From: Raja brachyura
Taxonomy: Eukaryota
Assembly: GCA_963514005.1 (NCBI GenBank)
Contig: OY740784.1
Span: forward strand, 27,280,001 to 27,344,000
Length of the DNA stretch: 64,000 nucleotides
Reading direction: 5' to 3'
This document shows positions 12,801 to 27,109 of this stretch, piece by piece (within the stretch, counting starts at the first letter, position 1; each line of letters opens with the position of its first letter). A program made the position numbers and the translations under genes. The notes under the pieces were generated by a model that saw only the letters and a program-made list of their open reading frames with translations, was not told where the DNA came from and ran no database searches.

Positions 12801-15800
12801 TCAGTCTGACGAAGAATCCCAACCCGAAATGGGTCAGAAGAAGGGTCCTGACCTGTAACATTACCCATCCTTTTCTCCAGAGATGCTGCCTGACTCGCTG
12901 AGTTACTCCAGCATCTGCAGTTCCCTTCGACACATCTTGATATGGATTAATTTGTGTATGATTATTTTAATTGGGGAAGTAACACTATTTGAAATTTATG
13001 TGGTTAACATGGTTCTTTTTTTCATTTAAGTAATTATGGATGCGTGATTTTGCACTCTGGATCCCATAATTAATTCCCAACTGATCTTGCATGGTTACAT
13101 TGAGATTTAAATATCGCCTATCCTATGTTAATTGCAGCTTGCCTAATGAAACTGTGTATAATATGTTCTTAAATAGGAAATGCAGAAGTTGCCTGAAGCA
13201 GTTTTTTTCATTGAGAAAGCCAGCATGATGTTTGTGGAGAACGGAACCCCTGACACTGCTGCCATGGCGCTAGATCGGGCTGGAAAGTAAGGAATTTAAA
13301 ACTGCATCAACTAAGCAATTCCTAATTTTATAATTGTAATCGCAACCTTGGGTTTCTCGATTGAACCGCAATAGGTGAAATATACACCATTGCAGTCTAT
13401 ACTTTATATCAATGTTATCTCTCGTACACAATGTGGGTTGTGTTTACAATAATTTTTCCACGGTCAAATTGTTTACATTGCATGAATTTCTCCATAAATA
13501 TTTTAATGTAAATTCTATGTAGTCTCAGAAATGTAGACAATGTAAAAAGCCACCCAGCAGTGTTATTTATAAAAGCTTATTTTATAGGTTTTAGTTTTGG
13601 AGATAGTGTGGAATCAGGCCCTTCGCTCCACTGAATCTGTGCCGACCAGTGATGACCTGTTCACTAGTTCAATCCTACACTTTAGGGACAATTTACCTAC
13701 AAACCTGCACGTCTTTGGAATGTTGGTGGAAACCGGAGCACTTGAGAAAACCCACATGGTCCCAGGGAGAACATAAAACGGGGCACCTACAGCACCCGTA
13801 GTCATGATCGAACCTGGATCTCTGGCGCTGTAAGGCAGCAACTCTACTGGTGCGCCACTGCAGCCCCATAAAATGCCTATTTCATATATACTGCTCTATT
13901 CTTGTTCTCCATAAATTAACTTTCTCTGCTTAATGGTTATAAATTATGGGATCATGGCCCATTCCACATATCAGGACACAAACTAACCAGACTGCAGTGG
14001 AATATCAAAGGAGTATTTTGCTGTTGCATGTGCTGTCTTTCACATAGTATGCCAGGGCCACATTCACGCTTGCGGTTTCAATAGCTGTCAAGGAGCTTGG
14101 CATCATCTAAGGCAACTAACTGCTTTCTGATCCCCATCTGCGGCTGTGGGCATCTGTCCTCTTGGGTACTGGTATTGTGGGTGTACTTGCACCAGAATAA
14201 CTGCATTGGCTGTAAAGGTTGGTTCACTGCCATCCTTCTCAAGGGTGAGAAAAGACAAAATGCTGCAGTAACTCAGTCGGTCAGGTCGCATTCCTGGAGA
14301 ACATGAATAGTGATGCTTCGGGTCATGACCTTTCTTCAGACCTGACCTGAAACATCACCTATATTCTCTAGGGATGCTACCTGATCACTGAATTATTGTA
14401 AACCAAGACACAAAATTCCCTGTTTCTACATTTCCCAAGGGCAATGAAGGATGCACAGTAAATGTTGGCTTTGTCAGTGATGCCCAGTTCTGAAAAATGG
14501 ATGAACCTGCTTCTTGCGTATGGCGTTCGCAGCCTAATTTTATAGGACAACTTGTTCTATTTGATCTTATTTGATATTGCACGCCGGGTTGATTGCATTC
14601 GTCGAAAAAGGGCGGACCATGTGAAGGTTGCAATCTTCCACCCCAATGAAGGAATGAATGAATGAATAAATAACAGCTATGGGACTCTAATGCCATTTGA
14701 AACCTCATCATGACTATAAACCAAATTAATTTATCCACCAGATTATGTATATTCTACCTCCAGTTTTGTCCTGTTTCGTTTCTTTGTCTTGCAGTCACCT
14801 CCCACCTAGTTCTTGAATCTCTGAATTTCCATTGTTTTTCTCGACTGATTTAAATCAGTCCCAGTGATAGAAGAGCAGTGTCACAGAACTATCTACAGAC
14901 TAAACGGAGATATGTTACTGTGGACAGTCTTCAGTTATGAAGTGGAAAATTGTTTTTTTTTAATTTTCTTTCAGGCTAATAGAAAATGTAAACTTGGAAA
15001 AAGCTGTTGAACTTTATGAACGGGCTGCCTCAGTATTTGAGGTAGGTTGTGGATAATTAAGTTCATTATTTATATTAATTTTTAAAACCCAGCTCTGGTT
15101 ATGTATTTTTGTATTTAGCATTAAACCCAACAAAAATAATTAAGGATAGATAATTAAGTATATTTTTAAATAATATAAGCTGAAAGAAAATTATCAACAA
15201 TTTATTTGGAGCATAAGCAAAAGAATAACCATGCACTGCTTAAGTAAATCATAACTCCTAATTATTTGCACAGATCACAGGAACAGCTCTTGAGGGACTC
15301 GATTGTTGTCAAAACGCTCTAGTAAATTAGACTGATCAGGTTGGTGGCACTGTGGCTACTAGAGCTGCTGCCTTGGCACCAGAGACCTGGGTTAAATCCT
15401 GACCTTGAGTACTGTCTGAATGGAGTTTGCCAGTTTTCTCTGTTCATAAGTTATAGGAGCGGAATTGGGCCATTTGGCTCATCGTCTACTCCAACATTCA
15501 ATCATGGTTGATCTATCTTTCCCGCTCAACCTCAATCTCCTGCCGTCTCCCCTTAATCCCTAACACCCGTACTAATCAAACTGTGACTGCATTGGTCTCT
15601 TCGGGTTTCCTCCCACATCCCAAAGATATACAGGTTTGTTTGTTAATAGGCATCTATAAATTTTTCTGAGTGTAAAGAGTGGATGCATAAAGTGGGATAA
15701 CATGGGACTAGTGTGAACAAGCGATTGAAGGTTGACATGGACTCGATGGGCCAAAGGGCCTGTTTTAATGCTGTATCTTTCAATCAATATTGTTATTGGG

Positions 15801-18800
15801 TTTGCCAAGGTTGATTCTTCTGGAATCTTGGACATAACCAAAGCAATCTGACTTTAGCCAAACTAGATAAAATACATGGCATGTGAGAAGAGAAATCAAT
15901 CCACATTTGTCCAACCTGTCTTGTAGCTACAGTGCCTCCATAATGTTTGGGACAAAGACCCATCATTTATTTATTTGCCTCTGTACTCCACAATTTGAGA
16001 TTTGTAATAGAAAAAAAAAATCACAAAGGCCATTTTTATATATTTTGGTTTCACCATGTAGAAATTACAGCAGTGTTTATACATATTTCCCCCACCATTT
16101 CAGGGCACCATATTGTTTGGGACACAGCAATGTCATGTGAATGAAGGTAGTCATGTTTAGTATTTTGTTGCATATCCTTTGCATGCAATGACTGCTTGAA
16201 GTCTGCGATTCATGGACATCACCAGTTGCTGGGTGTCTTCTCTGGTGATGCTCTGCCAGGCCTGTATTGCAGCCATCTTTAACTTATGCTTGTTTTGGGG
16301 GCTAGTTCCCTTCAGTTTTCTCTTCAGCATATAAAAGGCATGCTCAATTGGGTTCAGATTTGGGCGATTGACTTGGCCACTCAAGAATTGACAATTTTTT
16401 AGCTTTGAAAAGCTCCTTTGTTGCTTTAGCAGTATGTTTGGGATCATTGTCTTGCTGTAGAATGAACTGCGCCAATCAGTTTTGAGGTATTTGTGTGAAC
16501 TTGAGCAGATAGGGTGTGTCTATACACTTCAGAATTCATTATGCTACTACCATCAGCAGTTGTATCATCAATGAAGATAAGTGAGCCAGTACCTTCAACA
16601 GCCATACATGCCCAGGCCATAACACTCTCACCACCGTGTCACAGATGAGGTGGTATGCTTTGGATCTTGGGCAGTTCCTTCTCTCCTCCATACTTTACTC
16701 TTGCCATCACTCTGATATAAGTTAATCTTTGTCTCATCTGTTCACAAGACCCTTTTTCAGAACTGTGGTTGCTCTTTTAAGTACTTGGCAAACTGTAAAC
16801 TGACCATCCTATTTTTGCAGCGTAGCCTCTGTATTTCTGTTCATGAAGTCTTCTGCGGACAGTGGTTATTGACAAATCCACACCTGACTCCTGAAGAGTG
16901 TTTCTGATCTGTCAGATAGGTGTTTGTGGATTTTTCTTTATTATAGAAATAATTCTTCTGTCATCAACTGTGGAGGTCTTCCTTATCCTTAAACAGCAAT
17001 AAATGTTTCTAAAGGTGATGGAAAGACTGGAAGAAAGACAAGGTGCTGAGAGCTCTCTTATACCTGCATTAAGGAGGCAATTAAACACACCTGAGCAATT
17101 ACAAACACCCGTGAAGCCATGTGCCCCAAACATTATGGTGCCCTGAAATGGGGGACTATGTATAAACACTGCAGTGATTTATCCATAGTGAAACTAAAAT
17201 GTTTAAAAATGGCCTTTATTAAAATCTGACAATGTGCGCTTTAACCACATGTGATTTTTTTCTATTACAAATCTCAAATTGTGGCGTACAGAGGCAAATA
17301 AATATATGGTAGGTCTTTGTCCCAAACATTCTGGAGGGCACTGTAATATTCCCTAACGAAAGCAGCATTCTGGTAAACCTCTGCACCTTTTCCAAAGCTA
17401 CCACATCCTGTAATGGGACGACCAGAGCTGCATACAACACTGCTGAAGTCTTATGGAGCTGCATCATAACTTTGTGACTAGCATGCTCAATGTCACGACC
17501 AATGGAAGTGGGCATGCCATAAGCCTTCTTTACACTGTACTTGTGTTGTCACTTTCAGGGAGCTATGGACTGGGGCCCCAAGATCCCCCTGAACATCAAT
17601 GCTGTTAAGGACCTTGCAATGGACTGTGCAGCTTCCACTGAGATTTGACCTTTCAAAATACAACACGTTACACCTAGTAGTTAAAATAATTAAAGTGGAT
17701 GCAAAGAAGAGCATCATGCAAAGTAGGAGATGGGAGAAGCGGCATGGCGAAAGGTGGTGTGGTCAACTGTCATGGACTGCAGAGGAATTCAGGAGGCCAT
17801 AGCCTCCGAATAAAAGGATGTGCTTTTAGAAAGGAGATGAGGAGAGATTTCTTTAGTCAGAAGGTGGTGAATCTGTGGAATTTATTGCCACAGAATCTGC
17901 TCCTATAACTTATGAACTTATTATAGTATACTGTGATCACTCGCATTATAATACCAGAGCTGCATCCCTGGAAAAAGGTTAGGGATGGCACTAGGAACAT
18001 GAGAATAACCATGAATTATCATGGGCAATTGTTTTTAATAATGGAATTTGCTTCTGTACATAGTGAAGACGTTTCAAATGGTTGATGAGTCTATGTTGAC
18101 TTTGCATTTTTTGTTTGATAGAATGAAGAGCGTTTACGACAGTCTGCTGAATTGATGGGAAAAGTTTCCAGGCTGCTTGTCAGAGGGCGGAGGTGAGATT
18201 ATTTTCCAATGTACCGTTTGCCTCGCTAAAGACACAAAATAACCATTAATAAAGGGAAGGATGCTTTCTGTTCTTGAAACATCTCTTCCCTTTTCCATTC
18301 TGTTTTTCAAAAAAACATTGTTTTAATTTTGTATATTGGGCTGACCCATGCAAGCCTTAGCTACCCATAACATTAGCTATCTTTTCATCAGTGCTTAATG
18401 GTTGTTGTGGACTGAAGGGCCTATTTCAGTGCTGTCTCTTTGATTTTGTGTTTATTTTTAAACCATGCAGCTAATTGTAGAATCTAATTCCACCCTACAC
18501 TAGTCCCATGTGCCTGCTTTTGGCCCATATCCATCTAAACCTTTCCTGTCCATATGCCTTTTAAAATATTGTTATTGTACCTGCCTCTGACGGCTCGTTC
18601 CATATGCCTACCACCCTGTGTACTCTGGTTCCTAATAAATCTTTCCCTCCTCACCGTAAACCTATGTGCTCTAGTTCTTGATTCCCATTCTCTGGACTCT
18701 GCATCTACCCCATCTATTCCCTGTGTGATCTTATTATGAGTGTGTGTTGTTTGGTAAATGATTGCACATTCTAGGAGTGGATGGATAACATTGTGAAAAA

Positions 18801-21800
18801 TGTCTGTTAGGCAGCCGGCTAATATAGGTAAACAATTACATGTCTGTATATCACCTTTTTTCTCATTACCGACTAGTTTTCCTTGCCAGGCACTAATTGT
18901 ACTTGAGGCATTCTTCTTATTGAGTCCACACACAAGATTAGAAAGTGTTCAGACACTTCTCGGCATTTGCATACAATGGTGTCTGTCTTGCACTTCTTCT
19001 GCGTGGTGTTGGAAAAATTTGGTGAAAATAGGGCTGCGACGTGAACGCTCTTTCCTTGACCCCACTTGAGGAATTTGGGATTGTTGTTAAAGTGTCATGC
19101 TTTGTGCAGTTAAAAGTACTCTCAGTACAGTTGGAAAATGACTGGCTCGGTGAGAAATGAATAGGAATGTACCAATGGCAAGCGTCTTTTTTAAATGCAT
19201 ATGGTTCATTTGTTCGTATGATCGGTACATGCTTCCTCTCCATAATGCCTGTTCGGCTTCATATAATGTGCTTGTCAGGAAGAGCAACCTTAAGGATGAT
19301 CTTAGAGTTTGGGGGGATGATTGTGGTCATTGCTGGTTATTTGGTAGTAAAGGAGAGTTCCTGTGCACCCACTGTCATTGTCTATGGAGATGTTGTCTTG
19401 GGGAAAGACTGCTGATGATAATAGGTTTTCACCAGCAGACTGCTTTGTCCTAGATATAGTGTTTACTACATTTTTTTTTTTTTACCCATCAAGGCTTAAA
19501 TATTCCATCACAGACCTGCCAAAATATTGGGGATCAAGGAGGAGAACCTTTCTAACCCTCCTGGCTAGCCATGGTATTAACATAATATAAAAAGAGACTG
19601 GAGATGCTGGTTTATACCAATGATAGACACACAATGCTGCAGTAACTGAGTGGGATCAAGCAGCATCTCTGCAGAAAATGGATAGGTGAGGTTTCGGGTT
19701 GGGACCCTTCTTCAGACCTAAACCTGAAGTGTGTACTATCTATTTTCTTGAGACGTGCTGGGGGTGGGAGATTGCAAACTTCACGTGGTCCACCCTGTTT
19801 CGCTGAATGCAATCAACCTGGTGTGCACAATCGAATAAGATGAAATCGAACAAGTTGTCCTACAACTTTAGGCTGTGCATGCCATTTGGAAGAAGAAGAA
19901 GAGGTGCTGCCCGACCCGTTGAGTTACTCCAGCATTTTGTTTATCTATGGTATTAATCTTGTTGGTCAATGTTGCTTCTTAGGCTGTTTGATGTCGGGAG
20001 ATTTGGCTTTGCCTATGAATGGTGAGGAGAGTTGGTCAGGATGTGTCATGAAGGACCGATTCTGCCGTGAATATAAATTATCACTTTGCGGGTATAATCT
20101 AGCTGAAGATAATAGGTTTCTTTCAAGATGCTTTCTGCCTTGCCTTTCAATGTTGAGGAGAGGTGGTCAGTATCTGTCTTGAAGGAATGCCATGACTATA
20201 ATTTATCACTGTGGGCATAATTTAGTTGAAGATAATGGGTTAGTTCTAAACTGCTTTTTGTGGGAACCAGTCGTCTCCTGGTACTGGTGAGTGTAATTCG
20301 TAAATAGAGAATTTGCCTTTCGTGTGATTTTGGCGCATAGGAACTTTGACCCAACCAGCTTTGAGTTTCACCAAGTACTCCACCATGCCGCAGTCAGAAC
20401 CTGGATGTGATTCTGGATTTGGGCCCTGTGTTTGTATTTGGACTGGTGATATGATGAGGGCCACAGTTTGAACTGTGCTGGCAAAACCCAGAGCATTAGA
20501 GATCAGAATATTGCTAAGTGCCAGTTGATCACTATCTGTCACCTTCCTAGGGATTGATAATGGGACAATAAGAACAGGAACATAAGGCAGGAACATAAGA
20601 GATGGAAGCAGAATGCAGCCAAGGAGTCTGTGTGATCTCCCTATGATAGTGTGGAACTTCATTGGATGCTCCCGTTTCCTTCCGCATCCTAAAGATGGGC
20701 TGGTAGGTTGATTCCTGTTGCAAGTTGCCTCCAGCAGAGGTGGGTGGCAGGAGAATTAGTATAGAGTTGATGTGACTCTGAGAAGAATAGGTGGAGAGAT
20801 TGCAGGGCAATAAGTTGGGAGGGAGAAGGAGTCTGGTGATACATGGGATTGCACAGAGTTAAATGGAGATGGAAAAATGGAGGTTAAATGAAGATGGACT
20901 GAATGGCCTCCTTTGTGATTAGGAAAAAGTGATACTAAGTATGGCTTCTGGATAACATGGACTCGTTTGGTAATGTGCAATATATTTACAAATTGAGAAT
21001 TTATAAAAAATGGTGTATTTTACTTTTCACATGTCACTAATATTTTTTAGATCGGCATTCTTGGCATTTACCCCTGCCATAACTGTCTTCCAGTTTCAAA
21101 AGCAACTGTTCGCTATTTTTTTGCTTTCTGTCTCAAAGTCAAATCTTTCTACTGATACTCAAATTTATGTCGGCCACAATTTTACTCAGAACCTTTTGTA
21201 AGAGTCCTTGCATGAATTTTCATCAGGTGCTTGATCAACATCACCTGCCGCACTCCCCTCTCCAACCTCTTGTGTGGCCTCATCAAAAATTCAATCTGTT
21301 TAACCCTACATTGTCTTACAAGGGTCTACGGCAGGGTACAGGTTTAAGGTGAGGAGCAAGAGGTTTTGAAAGGATCTGAGAAAGGTGGTCGGAATTTGCC
21401 CCAAAAAATTGTGGTGGTGGAACGGGGAGGGAGCTGGAGACGTCGGATGTGAGAAGCACCCTCCGGTAGGTGGGTGAACCGGTGTAATTCTTCCAGCGGC
21501 TACAAGGTCGGCTGCAGGAGGTGCCCCCGGGACACAAAGATGGCTGGGCAAGGAGAGGAATGTCGTTTTGTGGGAACTGCTCCAGTACATTGAGTGTGCA
21601 GGTCTTTGGAATTGGGGCCAAAATATGGAATGTGTAATATATGCAAAATTAATTTTGCTGTCATGTTGCATATGTGACAAATAACCATTAAGACAGGCCT
21701 TTCCACAATGTATAAGTATCTAGGTGATCATAAACTTGTGTTAAGAGTTTTTTTTGGATCCAGGCATTTGTTTTGATGGCCAAGTTTACTATTTCAGTGA

Positions 21801-24800
21801 TATTTGTAAAAGTAGTCCCATGAAGACCAGAAAGAGAACTGACAAACATTGAATTAATTTTCGTGGTAATGTTGCTGTAATACTTTGAAAAGCCATTGAT
21901 TGATGATATCCAGATCAAAGCTGGTGTACTTTGTCATGACTTTTGGTTAAATATGATTGGCCACTACTTGAAATGAGCAAAAGTGAAATGTTTTTGCCAA
22001 ATAGAGAACAATGGTGAGGTTTTGTGATCCATGTTACATAAAAATAATAGAAACATAGAAAATAGGTGCAGGAGTAGGCCTTTCGGCCCCTCAAGCTAGC
22101 CATTCAATATGATCATGGCTGATCATCCAAAATCAGATCTCCGTTCCTGCTTTCTCCCCATATTCATATATCAGTGGGAAATGAAACAATGCACAGGGAT
22201 TATGGGAGACATGTCTCCGTTTTGAATTATCCATATCACAAAAAATTATTTTTAATGTCAAGTTTTTTAATGTTTAAAGCTGTTATTAAATGTGTCAATC
22301 TTTTATTTTTAAGGCTTGATGAAGCTGCAGTATCACTTCAGAAGGAAAAGAACATTTATAAGGAAATTGAGAATTACCCAACATGTTTTAAGGTAATGAA
22401 ATACACAAAATATGCATTAAACAGGAACGGGCCCTTTAGCTCATAGTGTCTGTTATTTAAACTCCTCCGATGTCCCGGTGAATTTGTGTCTCCCGGCCTC
22501 TGTATTCTAGTTGAGTAACTTACCCATTATCTTTACAGTGGCTCGTTAGAAAGCCTTTTCTTCTTGACGTGCTAATCGTATTAATCTTCATTAATCTTTT
22601 CATGTGTATATTCCACGAATGCTCGTAATATAACTTTTTTTTCCTCCAGAAAACAATTGCACAAGTGTTGGTTCACCTACACAGGAACGACTACGTAGCT
22701 GCCGACAAATGTGTTCGAGAAAGTTATAGGTAAGCACTAACCAATTGTCTTATTTATTGAGGAGAATTTTTTTATTTTTACCTAAATAAAACCGACAGCT
22801 AGAATGCAGATCTATTAGCGCCTGGGGTTAGTATACTAACCTTTGATAATACACTGTACAAAGTGATAGGTTTGTTCACTGGTTATTAGCTTTCTGTGTG
22901 AAATGAGCATGAAGGGTTGGAACCCGTTATGAATGTATAATATTGATACCAATTTGTAAGCAATTTTAATCTTGGACCATGCAAGTAATTTGCACCATTA
23001 TATCTGGTCATATATTTGTCGAAAGGTATCGGTTCTAGACCAACAAGCGACGTACACTGGCCTGGCAATTGAAGTGTGGCAGTGTCATTAGTGAAGCATT
23101 TTGTCTCAATGATTACAAAGAGCACCGTGTTAATACTGGGGAATATTGACTAATGTCATAGTCCCTGTTTGCCTCATGGACAGTGCCACTGAAAACAGGC
23201 CTGTTGGTGGATCATCCAAATGCAAGATTTTTGTTCTTTTTAACCTTGGAAAATGTACAAATTAAATATTTTGGATTGATTTCTTGGTATACAGAAATAA
23301 CAAAATTTGGGGCAACGTGATATTGTTCAAGTAATAATTATGAGTGTTATGATATGTATAATGTGCCTTTAAAAGCCCTGTCCCACTGTATGAGTTCATT
23401 CAAGAGTTCTCCTGAGTTTGCCCTGATTCGAACTCGGAGTTTTACGGTAATGGCCGCTCGCAGGTACTCTGGGCTCTCGTGGACATTTTTCAAAATGTTG
23501 AAAAAATGTTGCAAAACATGTTGCAACATGTTGAAAAATCTTCACAAGTCTTCCCGAGCTTACCGCGTTTCCCGAGTACCTGCCGTTAGCATAACGAGCC
23601 GCTAAGAGATGTCCCCGATCTCCGACGTACCCGCTACGTTCATTCACGAGTTTGATCAAATTTTTTTTGAAACTCGGGAGAGCTCTTGATTTAATTCGTA
23701 CAGTAGGAAAGGGCTTTAACGACTTAATAAAGTCGAGGCATGCACAGGAGTTAGCAGCTAAAGATTAGTGAAACTGTCAAGCGCCGTAGGATTGGTGAGT
23801 GAGCGGCATTTAAGGCACGGAGAATATTAAAACTGCCGGAAAACGACATGGCTACCCGAAGGGTGGGGCAAACGGCCGCTCAGCAGCAAGCCGAGTCGAG
23901 TGCGGACGAGGAGGCGGGTGACCAGCGGCCTACGCAGACGGCCACTGGTAACACTCCACAGCACGCTGCCGGTCCGCCTCCCATGAGCGGTATACGAACA
24001 CCGACCCCATTAACCGTCAACCACGGTTGAGGGTTGGAAAACATGACGTCGGATGTGGGCAAACTACAGCGTGGTCGTACAGCTAGACAGGCAAACACCA
24101 GCATAGCAGACCGCATTGTTTCTCCATACAATTGGCTGTCAGGACTGGAGATTTGCGACAGTTTTGTGTTCACCAACGACGAGGAGAACCAAGAACTGGT
24201 TGATATAATTAGAGCGTTCAAGAGCTACGCCATTGTCGAGAAGAATGAGACGCATGAGCGATACAACTTCAACAAGAAGCAGGTGAGAACTTTGAATCGT
24301 TCCTGGCGAGCCTGAGGACACTAGCAAAGTCCTGTCATTTCTGCCAATGCATGACGGACAACTTGCTCCGTGATACGATTGTGTTGGGCATTAGCGACTC
24401 TCAGACGAGGAGACGTTTGGTGCAGGAAAGGAAGCTCACTCTCAACGGATGTATCGACACCTGCAAGAGTGCCGAGACTGCTGAGTCACATCTCCAAGCT
24501 TTCACTGACGGTGGAAGTAGCAGGTCTGCTGCTGCAGTCCACAAAATCAGACCGCAGAGCGGCAAGAGAGGCGGGGCTGTGCAATACCCACATAAGCAAA
24601 GCAAGTGGACTAAGCCAAGGCAAGCACAATCAAGAAGCGAAAGCGTGCAAGTATTGAGGCAAGGAGCATGTGATGGACAAACAGCAATGTCCAGTCTATG
24701 GACAGACGTGGAGGGCATGTGGCAGTCGCAACCACTTTGCCAAAGTGTGCAGAAAGAAGAACGTGCACAAAGTAGACGGCCAGGTCGGAAGTGACACGAG

Positions 24801-27077
24801 CACTGAGTACATTGATAGTATCACACTCACAATTAACACGGTGCGGCATAAAGATGTCTACGCATTGGTGCTTGTCAATGGGAAGCAGGTCGACTTCCAA
24901 GTGAACAGCGGAGCGAGTGTGAACATCTTGCCGATATTTACACGGCATAGACCACACACTAGCCCCATGTCAAAGGATGCTCATGATGTGGAATAAGGCT
25001 ACGATGGACGCGGAAGGAGTTTGCCGGGTTAAGCTGCTCAACCCCAAGACAAACCGTAAATATTCTGTGGAGTTTGTTGTGGTCAGTGATGGCTTCACAC
25101 CACTGCTCGGAAGCAAAGCTAGTCAGAGAATGAATTTGATCACTGTAAATGACGACAGCTTTCACTGTGTACACATGTCGACGGTTGTAAAAGAGAAAGC
25201 GGGTAAGACTGAAGAACACTATGCAGAGGTGTTCGGCGATAAACTAGGAGAGCTGCCTGGTGAAGCACACCTGCAGATTGACGAGGAAGTGCAACCCAGT
25301 CTTACCGCCACGACGTTTACCTCGTGCGATAAAGCAGAAGGTGAAGACGGAGCCAGAGCGCATGGTAGAGCGTTACGTGATCGCACCAGTTCATGAGCCG
25401 ACGAGTTGGGTCAGCCAGCTCGTGGTCACGGAGAAAAAGAATGGCGATCTCCGGGTGTGCATCGATCCACAACCACTAAACAAAGCGCTGAAGCAAGAAC
25501 ACTATCCGCTCCTAGTTATTGAGGACATCTTGCCAGATCTCGACCAAGTGAAGATCTTCAGTAAGCTAGACATGAGCTCAGCTTTCTGGCAGGTGAAACT
25601 TGACGATGAATCGTGCAATCTGACGACGTTCAACGCACCTTTCGGGCGTTACCGGTGGCGCCAATTGCTATTCAGTTTAAGTATATCTGCTGAAATCTTC
25701 CAGCGAAGATTACATCAAGCACTTGAAGGGCTACCTGGAGTGATCTGCGTTGCAGACGACATTATCAGGACATTATTAAGGGAGAGGCGATGGAAGACGC
25801 GGACATCAACCACGACTCGAAGCTCGAGCAGTTGCTTCAGCGATGTGTACAGCAACACATCAAACTTAACAAGGACAAGTCTGTCTTCAGAGCAACTGAG
25901 ATACCCTTTTTAGGACATGTGATCCCTGGCGCAGGACTGCAACCCGACCCTAAAAAGGTCGCAGATGTCGTCAATATGCCAGCACCCTCAGATGTACAGG
26001 GTGTGCAGAGGCTAGTTGGATTTGTCAACTACCTGAGCCTTTTTCTACCCAGCCTGTCTGATACCATGGAGCCCATCAGACAGCTGACGAGACCAGACAT
26101 AGCATGGGAGTGGTCTGCTGAGCAGGACACAGCGATGTCCAAGATCAGACAGATGGTATCTGAAGCACCAATCTTAGCGTACTACAATCTCAAGGAGAAG
26201 CTGACGATTCAGTGTGACGCGAGCAACAAGGGACTGGGGACAGCCTTGCTCCAAAAGGGGCGTCCCATCGCATATGCGAGCAGAGCAATAACTGGCACCG
26301 AATCGCGATGTGCCTCGATTGAGAAGGAGATGCTCGTCGTGGTATTTGCAATGGAGCGTTTCCATCAATACACATTTGGCTGATTCACCAGCGTGATCAG
26401 CGATCACAAGCCGCTGGAAATGATAGCAAAGAAGCCGCTAGTGAAAACGCCAAAGCGTCTTCAAGGAATGCTACTCTGCCTACAGAGCTATCATTTCGAC
26501 ATCAGCTACCGTCAGGGGAAGCTCATTTACCTTGCGGATACACTGTCGCGTGCAGTTAGCGGCATTCCCAGCAGAGAGCAAGCGTTCGAGGAGGTAAACA
26601 TGGTTTCACACTTGTTGCTACATGCTACACTTGTCCCTTCACCTCCCCCATCCACTCCTTTCAGGGACCCAAGCAGTCATTCCAAGTCCGACAGAGGTTC
26701 ACCTGCGCCTCCTCCAACCTCATCTACTGCATCCGTTGCTCTAGATGCCAGCTGATCTACATCGGTGAGACCAAGCGGAGGCTGGGCGATCGTTTCGCCG
26801 AACACCTCCGCTCGGTCCGCAATAACCAACCCGACCTCCCGGTGGCTCAGCACTTCAACTCCCCCTCCCACTCCGTATCCGACCTCTCGGTCCTGGGCCT
26901 CCTCCACGGCCAGAGTGAGCAACACCGCTCAAGTTGGAGGAACAGCACCTCATATTCCGCTTGGGGAGTCTGCGTCCTCTGGGTTTAAACATTGAATTTT
27001 CTCAATTCTGTTAACCCAGACTGCCTCCTCCCCACCTCTCCCTCAGCACTCGGGCCCTGACATTCCTTCTCCATCTC

Positions 27078-27109
<32 letters not shown>

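Noticed and set aside
19411-19450. CTGATGA motif as a possible hammerhead or C/D snoRNA box
   Set aside because: No stem II-GAAA follows, and no convincing terminal stem with a partner box is seen.
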